Source: Macrostomum lignano (lineage: Eukaryota). From it: DNA of 47,477 bases. The notes below the pieces were generated by a model. The model was not told the origin of the DNA and did no database searches. It saw only the letters and a program-made list of their open reading frames with translations. Where the stretch lies: NCBI GenBank assembly GCA_002269645.1, contig NIVC01004391.1, forward strand, positions 1-47,477, read 5' to 3'. Position 1 is the stretch's first letter; each line of letters starts with the position of its first letter. The position numbers and the translations under genes were made by a program. Below are positions 18,582 to 28,770 of this stretch, piece by piece.

Positions 18582-20604
18582 CAGCTTAAGTGTGATGTCT
18601 TGGGTTGGTTTATAAGAGCCCAAGTGTTTGTCTAATACTGTGAAGAGAATGGACAGGATAATTTATTACAATTTCGTTTCACGCTACAACTACTGGACTA
18701 CTGGTTTTTGCGTATCGAAATGAAAGCAATGTTAAATAAAGATGTCATAAATTATACATGTAGCATTTCATCATTTACTTTCGTATACAAGCGTTGCCGC
18801 AACGAGAAAAAACTTCATAATCTATTTAGGTAAAATATATTTGCTTGTTAGCTTCCTTTTCCTAGCTAGTTGATGATTAGAAGCATACTACATTTAGGAT
18901 TATATCAAAATGTCAAATATCAAAATCAAAATCATATCAAAATCACAGTAGTGCAGTCGGAAATATTTTACACATGAACAACTATAGAGTTGTGCACTCT
19001 AGTTTTCCATGATTTTACATCTGCATCACTATGCTTAAGCATTAGTTTCATTGAAAACTCAGTTTTTCTGAACAAATCAAGTCATTCATGAAAAAAATTC
19101 TTATACATGTACAAACTCCACTTTTGAAAATTGAGTTCGCGTTGACACCTCTTATTTTCAATTTTAGTCGACTCGATTTTGTCCCCAATTATGGCATTAT
19201 AAATGGAGGACGTTTTGCGTATGTAATTAAAATAAAAACAAAAAGCCGACTTTTATAGCAGTTATTTCCGATGGACACCCATAGCTAGAATTATAAATTT
19301 TCCAACTCAAAATTTGCTTTTGATTTCGGACGTAAAGACGCTGCTTGCATGTACATGTACGACATTGTATGGTGCCGTCCATGAGACTACATATGCGTGT
19401 AATACATGTACGAGACGTACTGTTGTTTAATAAATCACAACTGCATGGTAACACCTTGACATTTACTACGGAGCAACTTGACAATTCAAATTAGAATTCT
19501 GTTGAAAGGCAAATTTAAAACTAACTTTGGTTCCTCCAGATCCTGCTTTGTAATCATTCATGCTTAATTACAGTAACAGATGTTAATTCTTATATATAAT
19601 ATATATTTAAACTTGCAAGCTACAAAAGAAACTTTAAAATGAAAATGGAAAATATATGAACTAATACACGGGTCAAACGTTATTCAGATAATTTGTGAAG
19701 TGGCTCGAACTTTTAGGGAGTTTGGGATGCTATTAGGGCACACGTGGCGATATGTACAGTAAGTAGCTGTACGCAGCACTGCCAATCAGTATAGGAATAC
19801 AGAGGACACGCCATATATTAATGCACGTGGTAACTGTATCAACAAAGTATGGCGCAATGTTATCAAAGGAACATTTTCAACGCAATGCGCTTAATAGCCT
19901 ACTTACAGTAACACCTGTCAATGGCTTAGCTTTTAAATGTATTACAAAAGCGAAAGTAAGAGAAAGTATAACTTTATATGCACGATTTAAACTTTTTTGA
20001 CCCAATGGAAGCTTGTGATATAGTGGAACTGCTTTTTCTATCGAGTCCAGTGTGTACTTTTACAGCAATCGGCTGTTATTAGAGCCTTAACAGCAACACA
20101 AAAACGTATTGCTTCCTCCGAGTAGCAGCGAGTCATATTGCGGAAGATATCAAAACGAAGTTTTTTTAAAAAACAACAACTAGAAAGAAGACCAGTACTT
20201 GAAGCAAAATAATAGTACACAAAAATAGTTAGCAAAGTGCATAGTCGGATCAGTAAAACAGCATGGGCAAAGTGTAAGTATTGATAGCGGCTCAGCAACG
20301 CGTGTTGCGAGTGTGTACATTGCATGGCGTCCAGTGCAGACAAGCAGAACAACCGCAAATAGAAGGCAAGTAACACAAAAATAATGTCGAGAAGAAAATT
20401 CAGCCCTGTACATAATGAGTTCGCCGATCGAAATCAGTGATTTTTCAACTGATTTAAAACGATTTGAACTTAGTTTACAAACAAAATGAGATACTGCTAG
20501 CGATTCGAAAGAAACTATTAAATAAGGACCTGCAAATCTCTGATGCCAAGGATGCTATAAACGAGCTATTGCTAAAGGAGAGCATCTGTTACTATAGAAT
20601 ACTT

Positions 20605-21075
20605 ACGTTGCTACGGGAAAGCTTCTGTTGCTACGAGAAAGCTTTCGTTGCCACAGGAAAGCCTCTGTTGCTACAGGAAAGCCTCCGTTGCCACAGGAAA
20701 GCCTCTGTTGCTACAGGAAAGCTTCTGTTGCTACGAGAAAGCTTTCGTTGCCACAGGAAAGCCTCTGTTGCTACAGGAAAGCCTCCGTTGCCACAGGAAA
20801 GCCTCTGTTGCTACAGGAAAGCTTCTGTTGCTACGAGAAAGCTTTCGTTGCCACAGGAAAGCCTCTGTTGCTACAGGAAAGCTTCTGTTGCTACGAGAAA
20901 GCTTTCGTTGCTACGGGAAAGCTTTCGTTGCTACGGGAAAGCTTCTGTTGCCACGGGAAAGCTTTCGTTGCTACGGGAAAGCTTCCGTTGCTAGGGTAAA
21001 GCCTCCGTTGCTACGGGAAAGCCTTCGTTGCTACGGGTAAGCCTTTGCTTCAAATGACAAGCTTCTGTTGCTAAG
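20605..21075. repeat. 20-nt minisatellite (gttgctacgggaaagcttct variants)
   Basis: About 22 tandem copies. Confidence 0.95.
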
Positions 21076-21729
21076 AGAAACCCAGCGTTTTAACGGGCAT
21101 GTTTGCAGTAGCCATGCTTGAATTCATCTCAGAGAGAATGAAACCAGACTCTTAGATTATGATGAAGCAATATCTATAGCCTAACAGACAGATAAGAAAG
21201 AAGCAATGGATTTTTAGGCTAAAAAAACTTTTTAACGCACAACATGCACTTTTAAAAGGAAGTAGCTTCATCAATAATAAACAGTTGTTAACATCTGAAA
21301 ACGATGCGAATTTCGGTGGCGCAGACTTCAACGTACGAATTTAGGAGAAACAGAAAATTTTACTAAATTTTGTTTACAATAGTAATGGAATATTAACTGA
21401 TATAAGAAGAAAAAATATTTACCTACTAATACAAACAAAAACTATCCTTAGATGCTTATAGTAAAATTTACTAATCTCTATTCAGGCTTCGATTTTTTCG
21501 GGCGCTGCAAATTCGTTTTCGTCTACTTAACAGTAGCAATATGAGAATATGTTATTGTATAGCGAGAGACGCAAAATAAAAGCTTGGTTAAGAATGCTAA
21601 GGGATATTTAAGGAAACGGCTTAGCAGGCCAATGCAAAACGAGTATAGAAAATATTGATGCGCTGCTGACAGCACTGTGACAGAACAGGAAGTTTCCAAA
21701 TGTACAGTAGAGGGGGGAAGCAGCTGGCG

Positions 21730-22250
21730 TCACCTGGACTCGGTTTTGACAATCGAATTGGCGCTGCCGCTGCCGCCGGCGAGGAACCGATTGCGCAACT
21801 CCTGCACCTCGGAGCTCACCCGGGTCAGCTCCTGCCGCATCATCCGGTTCTCAGCCTCCAATCGGCTGCTTCCGGTGCCGTCCGCCGGTTCCCGCAGCTG
21901 CAACTGCGGCCGGTTCCGCTTCCGGTGCGACGCTCGGCAGCTCCGATCGGGGGCTGCGGCGGCTTCTTCGGTCTCCGCTGCATCTGCTGCCGGATGCTGG
22001 GCCTCAGCTTCTGCGTCGTCTTCATCGTCGGGCTCCTCAACGGAGTGCGGCAGCGCCAGCGAGGGCTGCTCGTCCGGGACGATGCGGAGGCCCGGCCGGC
22101 TGACCGCGAGGCCATCGCCGCCGCCGGTTGCGTCGTCAAGGCCGTTGCCACGGCGGCTGGGCTGGCTCCGCAGCTGCTGCTGCTGCCAGCAGTGCTGCTG
22201 CAGGTGGTGCAGATGCTGATGAAGCTGGTGCCGACGCATCGCGGCTGCGG
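21730..22250 (-). CDS. NFIL3: NFIL3/vrille-like bZIP factor, probable terminal exon (His/Gln-rich, acidic, second coiled-coil)
   Basis: GC-rich coding-like ORF. The acceptor gatttcag|CC (phase 1) matches the phase-1 donor at 24740. Ends LEAENRMMRQELTRVSSEVQELRNRFL...KTESR*. The linkage is inferred from splice phase only, and the terminal CAG-GTGA could itself be a donor. Confidence 0.65.
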
Positions 22251-22409
22251 CTGAAATCCCAATTGACGGGGATGCGATTTGTTTAAGGGAGGCGGCGGTG
22301 GAGATGGGGAGGTGATGGCGACAATTAGGAGATGGGTAGAAGGAACTGTTTTACTCGTAGAAGGTGAGAATAGATTAGGGATTTAGTGACAGTAGCTTAG
22401 AAAAGAGGG

Positions 22410-23530
22410 GGAGATTCAGGGAGAAGACAGAGAGGGAGAGTCAGGGGAAAGACAGAGAGGGAGAGTCAGGGAGAAGACAGAGAGGGAGAGTCAGGGAGAA
22501 GATAGGGAGGGAGAGTCAGGGAGAAGATAGGGAGGGAGAGTCAGGGAGAAGACAGGGAGGGAGAGTCAGGGAGAAGACAGAGAGGGAGAGTCAGGGAGAA
22601 GATAGGGAGGGAGAGTCAGGGAGAAGACAGGGAGGGAGAGTCAGGGAGAAGACAGAGAGGAAGAGTCAGGGAGAAGACAGAGAGGGAGAGTCAGGGAGAA
22701 GACAGGGAGGGAGAGTCAGGGAGAAGACAGAGAGGGAGAGTCAGGGAGAAGACAGGGAGGGAGAGTCAGGGAGAAGACAGGGAGTGAGAGTCAGGAAGGG
22801 AGAGTCAGGGAGAAGACAGGGAGGGAGAGTCAGGAAGTGAGAGTCAGGGAGAAGACAGGGAGGGAGAGTCAGTGAGAAGACAGGGAGGGAGAGTCAGGGA
22901 GAAGACAGGGAGGGAGAGTCAGGGAGAAGACAGGGAGGGAGAGTCAGGGAGAAGACAGGGAGGGAGAGTCAGGAAGGGAGAGTCAGGGAGAAGACAGGGA
23001 GGGAGAGTCAGGGAGAAGACAGGAAGGGAGAGTCAGGAAGAAGACAGGGAGGGAGAGTCAGGGAGAAGACAGGGAGGGAGAGTCAGGGAGGGAGAGTCAG
23101 GGAGAAGACAGGGAGGGAGAGTCAGGGAGAAGACAGGAAGGGAGAGTCAGGAAGAAGACAGGGAGGGAGAGTCAGGGAGAAGACAGGGAGGGAGAGTCAG
23201 GAAGAAGACAGGGAGGGAGAGTCAGGGAGAAGACAGGGAGGGAGAGTCAGGGAGAAGACAGGGAGGGAGAGTCAGGAAGAAGACAGGGAGGGAGAGTCAG
23301 GGAGAAGACAGGGAGGGAGAGTCAGGGAGAAGACAGGGAGGGAGAGTCAGGAGTGGAGAGTCAGAGAGAAGACAGGGAGGGAGAGTCAGGTAGAAGACAG
23401 GGAGGGAGAGTCAGGTAGAAGACAAAGAAAGTGAGAGTCAGTTAGAAGACAGGGAGGGAGAGTCAGGAGTGGAGAGTCAGAGAGAAGACAGGGAGGGAGA
23501 GTCAGGGAGAAGACAGGGAGGGAGAGGCAA
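22410..23530. repeat. 25-nt purine-rich minisatellite (gagagtcagggagaagacagggagg)
   Basis: About 45 copies in the last NFIL3-like intron; pyrimidine-rich on the transcribed strand. Confidence 0.95.
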
Positions 23531-23899
23531 GGGAGTGAATGCAGAATCTGTACATGAGGCACTGAGACAGTCTGCATGTGCACCCGTACATGTACAGACA
23601 GGTGCGCAGTGCCCAGACGCAAATTCCGAGCACGCAGAGATCGATTGGTTGGTCTTATTGTTCAATTACAAAGCCTTTTTGAATGACATGCGGTGCCATT
23701 GGCAGCCCGGTAGCACCTTTCCAATGCACAATTGCCTCGGTGCATGCCAAAGTACAGAATAAGCGCCTAGCTGCGCATTATTTTGTTTTCTAAGGCAAAA
23801 ACCTTTTCAAAGCTGACGACTTTGGTGGCTTTCCGAGTTCTATGGCGCTGCTTTGATGCGTTTATTGCGTTCGGAACGGTGAGATTGGGAGAGCGGTTT

Positions 23900-24650
23900 C
23901 CCAGAACTGAGGATCTGGGAGGCTGACCCAGCAACTGGGGATCTGGGAGGCTGGCCCAGCAACTGGGGATCTGGGAGGCTGGCCCAGCAACTGGGGATCT
24001 GGGAGGCTGGCCCAGCAACTGGGGATCTGGGAGGCTGGGCCCAGCAACTGGGGATCTGGGAGGCTGATCTAGCAACTGAGGATCTGGGAGGCTGGGCCCA
24101 GCAACTGAGGATCTGGGAGGCTGACCTAGCAACTGAGGATCTGGGAGGCTGGGCCCAGCAACTGGGGATCTGGGAGGCTGACCCAGCAACTGGGGATCTG
24201 GGAGGCTGACCTAGCAACTGGGGATCTGGGAGGCTGACCTAGCAACTGAGGATCTGGGAGGCTGGGCCCAGCAACTGGGGATCTGGGAGGCTGGGACCAG
24301 CAACTGAGGATCTGGGAGGCTGGGCCCAGCAACTGAGGATCTGGGAGGCTGACCCAGCAACTGAGGATCTGGGAGGCTGACCCAGCAACTGAAGATCTGG
24401 GAGGCTAGCCCAGCAACTGGGGATCTGGGAGGCTGACCCAGCAACTGAGGATCTGGGAGGCTGACCCAGCAACTGACACTCTGGGAGGCTGGCCCAGCAA
24501 CTGGGGATCTGGGAGGCTGACCCAGCAACTGAGGATCTGGGAGGCTGGCCCAGCAACTGACACTCTGGGAGGCTGGCCCAGCAACTGTGGATCTGGGAGG
24601 CTGGCCCAGCAACTGACACTCTGGGAGGCTGTCTGAGAGAGCTGAGGATC
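23900..24650. repeat. 27/28-nt minisatellite (ggatctgggaggctggcccagcaactga), copy A
   Basis: Tandem copies; same family as 40285-40665. Confidence 0.95.
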
Positions 24651-24739
24651 TGGGGGGGGGGGCTAACCTGAACCCTAGAAAGGTACAAAGCTTCAGATTG
24701 AAATTCCAGTTGAAATCCCTAAGGTCCGGGAATCCTCAC

Positions 24740-25376
24740 CGGCAATCTGCAGCGGTCCTTGGCACAGGGTCAGGTCCAGCGGCTCGGCCTGGTCGGCGAG
24801 GTGATTCGCTGGTGGCGCTGTAAGCGACGTGGCGGCTGCAGCGGAGGCGGGCGCCAGGATGGTCGGCGCCATGACGGCCGTGGGCTTCAGCGTGAGGCCG
24901 CAGGAGGCGAGGCTCTGTGGCGCAGCGGCCGCATAGTTGGCCAGCAGGTTAAAGTTGAACAGGCCGCCGATCTGGCCTGGCGCCACCAGGCCGAAGGTGG
25001 CCGCCGGTGAGGAGTTCACAACTGGAGGCGCTGCGGCAAGGGCGGTCGCCGAAGATGCGACAACAGCGGCGGTGGCGGCGGCTGAGGATGCGGGCGCTTC
25101 TCCGACTTTCAGCGCGGTTAGTCGAGACGGTTGGGGGGCTGAGGCGGCAGCTGCGGTGGCGTCAGCTGATGAGTTTGAAGCCTGCGGCTGCACCAGCGGC
25201 GACTGACACTGCACCTCGGCTGCCGGAGTCGGCGAGGTCGCTGACGATGCCGGCTTCGACTCGGGCTTCGCGGCGGCGGTGTCGGCGGCGGCGTCCGCGG
25301 CGTCGTCGGAGGAATTTGTTGGCAGTCCAAATCGCTTTTTAATGGCGGTGAGCTCCACCTTGAGCTTGGTGTTCTC
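24740..25376 (-). CDS. NFIL3: NFIL3/vrille-like bZIP factor, exon completing the leucine zipper plus Ala/Pro-rich region
   Basis: The acceptor tcacgcag|GAG continues the zipper (IQELTE|ENTKLKVELTAIKKRFGL; compare NFIL3 EENATLKAELLSLKLKFGL). Donor GCCG|gtgagg. If unspliced, the frame ends at the stop at 24693. Confidence 0.85.
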
Positions 25377-25409
25377 CTGCGTGATGCGGGGGACTGGCGT
25401 GTGAGCTTT

Positions 25410-25810
25410 GGTTCTCATGGAGCTGTTCTCATGGGTTGTTCTCATGGGCTGTTCTCATGGGCTGTTCTCATGGGCTGTTCTCATGGGTTGTTCTCATGGA
25501 GCTGTTCTCATGGGCTGTTCTCATGGGCTGTTCTCATGGGTTGTTTTCATGGAGCTGTTCTCATGGGTTGTTCTCATGGAGCTGTTCTCATGGTTTGTTC
25601 TCATGGAGCTGTTCTCATGGAGCTGTTCTCATGGGTTGTTCTCATGGGCTGTTCTCATGGGTTGTTCTCATGGAGCTGTTCTCAGGGAGCTGTTTTCATG
25701 AAGCTGTTCTCATGGGCTGCTCTCAGGGAGCTGTTCTCATGGAGCTGTTCTCATAGGCTGTTCTCAGGGGGCTGTTCTCAGGTCGATCTCACATCTCAGG
25801 GGCTGCTCTC
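25410..25810. repeat. 13/14-nt minisatellite (atgggctgttctc)
   Basis: Fills most of the intron that splits the bZIP zipper. Confidence 0.93.
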
Positions 25811-25927
25811 AGGTTTATCTCAGGTAGGTTTAGAGTGACTCTAGGGTGACAGTCATAAGTAAAGCAATTCTTAGTAATATTTAGCCTCAATGCTAGCCTC
25901 TCTGAATTCTAGAGTCATCTCACTCAC

Positions 25928-26430
25928 CTCGGTGAGCTCCTGAATCCGCATCTCCATGGCAACATCGTTCAGCCTTCGTTTCTCTCTGCTCCTCTTCGCC
26001 GCCTCGTTATTCTTGCGCCGCCTCTCCCAGTATTTCTCGTCCTTCTTCAATGCCGACGCTCCGTTGCCGCCACTTTTGGCTTTCTTTGCTGGCGGCGGCC
26101 CGCCGCCGGAGGTCAGACTGTCGTCGTCGCCGCTGGACATGCCGCCGGCAGCTGCGGCAGACGCCGCTGAGATGCCGCCAAGTTGACCAACAGAGGCGTC
26201 CTCAGCTGCCTCCTCCTTGACGCTGAAGCCCAAGTCGCCGCAGTCGGCGGCCGATTCCTCTTCGCTATCGAGTCCGATGCCGTCCGCTGTCAGCGAGTCG
26301 GCGCCGGCGGATCGACGCAGTTTCTCTAATTTGGCCGCTGCGGCTGCCGCTGGCGGCGTGGCTCGTGCGGCATCGGCCAGCGAGTTTGAGAGCTGCGAGT
26401 CGCTGCGAGTTTTTTGTGGGATTTGCGAGG
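25928..26430 (-). CDS. NFIL3: NFIL3/vrille-like bZIP factor, exon with the basic region
   Basis: [40 protein letters not shown] closely matches the NFIL3/vrille basic region ([28 protein letters not shown]). Donor GAG|gtgagt. The acceptor is ambiguous: 26430 (cacag|CC, phase 1) or 26402 (ctcgcag|C, phase 2). Confidence 0.9.
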
Positions 26431-26439
26431 CTGTGCATT

Positions 26440-26715
26440 GGATACTGGCTGTGAATGGCATGGGATACTGGCTGTGAATGGCATGGGATACTGGCTGTGA
26501 ATGGCATGGGATACTGGCTGTGAATGGCATGGGATACTGGCTGTGAATGGCATGGGATACTGGCTGTGAATGGCATGGGATACTGGCTGTGAATGGCATG
26601 GGATACTAGCTGTGAATGGCATGGGATACTGGCTGTAAATGGCATTGGATACTGGCTGTGAATGGCATGGGATACTGGCTGTGAATGGCATGGATACTGT
26701 CTGTGAATGGCATGC
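26440..26715. repeat. 23-nt minisatellite (gatactggctgtgaatggcatgg)
   Basis: About 12 near-identical copies abutting the bZIP exon acceptor. Confidence 0.95.
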
Positions 26716-27017
26716 CAGTTCCGAGTTCAAGACAATGTTCTGTCAAAATAAACAAAAGCCTAATAAATAAGACTGTAACTATCAAACTTAGAGGTCAACA
26801 GAGGTCAGGTCAGCAGTGACAGAGGGGTAAGGACAGGCGGGCTACAGGAGTCCCGGTCAGCCCTGGGGTGGATTACGCAATCCAGCTGAGCCAACAAGCA
26901 CTCAGCAGACAAGCACAGAGAGTGGAAGGAAAAGAGATTTCAAATTCTCCTGGCAACTATTGCACAATTTATATTTACTTGTAAATATGTTCAGCAGCTC
27001 TGCCTTATATAACTTAC

Positions 27018-27159
27018 TTTGAGCTTTGAGCTGATGCAGACAGTTGCTGGGCGGGTGCCGACAGCTCGGGGGTCAAGCCGGGTCGCGCTGGGACGGGGAA
27101 GAGAAATGATGGAGGGAGCGGGCGGTCGCCAACTGAGGCAGGATGGTGGGAGAAGGCTG
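27018..27159 (-). CDS. Candidate upstream exon of the NFIL3-like gene (coding or 5' UTR)
   Basis: Strong donor AAA|gtaagt at 27018/27017. An open phase-2 frame (AAFSHHPASVGDRPLPPSFLFPVPARPGLTPELSAPAQQLSASAQSS) is compatible with the 26402 acceptor. No ATG inside; the start exon was not identified. Confidence 0.4.
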
Positions 27160-27617
27160 CTGTACTCAGCTTTAGGAGTTAGGAATGAATCTACTTTTTT
27201 TCAACAAAAAAATCACGAAGACTAGAGAAAGGAGAAGCGAAGTTCGAAAATGAGTTTCGTTTTTGCTCTTATATAACTATTCGGTGGGATCAGCAAATTT
27301 CAGGAGTCGCAGTCGAGTTTGATTGAGCAGACCAGTGCCGGACTGGGGAGGGAGAGAGAGACCTCAATTTGCACAAATTGCAAGTACAGTTCAGTTTGAG
27401 TTGCCGCATCTTGAAGCAAGGGGAAGACTTTTCTTCTTTCCATCTAGTTGCTGGGGGGGATCTGAGAGGCTGGGCGGATCTGTGGGGGCTGTTTGTTCGT
27501 GTGGCGTTGCGTGCGCTAGCGGGTTTAGCGGGTAGGCGGTTGGGCGATCTAGGAAGGGAAATTTTGAGTGAATTCACAGCCTCAATTAACACATTGCAGG
27601 GAGGGTCCACCGCTTCC

Positions 27618-27975
27618 GCTTCTATCCTGAATGTCCACCGATTCCATCCCGAATGTCCACCGATTCCATCCCGAATGTCCACCGATTTTGTCCCCAATAT
27701 CCACCGCTTCTATCCCGAATGTCCACCGCTTCTATCCCGAATGTCCACCAATTTTGTCCCCAATATCCACCGCTTCTATCCCGAATGTCCACCGCTTCTA
27801 TCCCGAATGTCCACCGCTTCTATCCCCAATGTCCACCGATTCCATCCCGAATGTCCACCGATTCCATCCCGAATGTCCACCAATTTTGTCCCCAATGTCC
27901 ACCGCTTCTATCCCGAACGTCCACCGCTTCTATCCCGAATGTCCACCGCTATCCCCAATGTCCACCGATTCTATT
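27618..27975. repeat. 22-nt minisatellite (aatgtccaccgcttctatcccg)
   Basis: About 16 tandem copies. Confidence 0.93.
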
Positions 27976-28369
27976 AACTGTCTCGCAGTGCAGTCGCAGG
28001 CAGACCGACAGTCAGAGACGCGAACTGAAGGATATTTTGAGTCAAGATCGAGATGCACAGGCACAGGCTCCTGGTTTTTGCAGTCCCACGGGGTGAAAAC
28101 AAGTGAGTGGGTAAAGAGGATCAGGGAGGCTGGGCAAGCCAGGGAACTCATCCTTGGTTTGAAATGAGTTACATTTTTGCTGCATGCATATTTTCTTCAG
28201 CAATACTTGAGAGTTCAGAATTCGCTAACTCCATTCGCTTTTCATTACAGCACACTGGATCGAGAACGTTGTCCGAGTGGCAAATTTAAGCAAAAATTTA
28301 CCAATATTTCGCGACATCTATCTAAATTAAATCATTAAACTTTACAACAAAATCAATACATACACGCCC

Positions 28370-28770
28370 TGCCACATTCTGGTCGGTCATTGCCTTGTCA
28401 CATTCTGGTCATTAGATCGGTCATTGCCCTGCCACAATCTGGTAATTAAATCGGTCATTGCCAGATTCTGGTCATTAGATCGGTCACTGCCCTGCCACAT
28501 TCTGGTCATTAGATCGGTCACTGCCCTGCCACATTCTGGTCATTAGATCGGTCACTGCCCAGTCACATTCTGGTCATTAGATCGATCATTGCCCTGTCAC
28601 ATTCTGGTCATTAGATCGGTCATTGCCCTGTCACATTCTGGTCATTAGATCGGTCATTGCCCTGCCATATTCTGGTCATTAAAGCGGTCATTGCCCTGTC
28701 ACATTCTGGTCATTAGATCGGTCATTGCCCTGTCACATTCTGGTCATTAGATCGGTCATTGTCCTGTCAT
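28370..28770. repeat. 34-nt minisatellite (ctgccacattctggtcattagatcggtcattgcc)
   Basis: About 11 copies; the unit contains an internal duplication of ggtcatt. Confidence 0.93.

Noticed and set aside
20038-20180. MTRCYSEEAIRFCVAVKAL, faintly like P-element/THAP9 transposase RYS..F motifs
   Set aside because: Too short and divergent to support without a profile search.
20464-21040. ORFs of 123-176 aa on the plus strand
   Set aside because: They mostly read through the 20-nt minisatellite; the unique N-terminal part has no recognisable homology.
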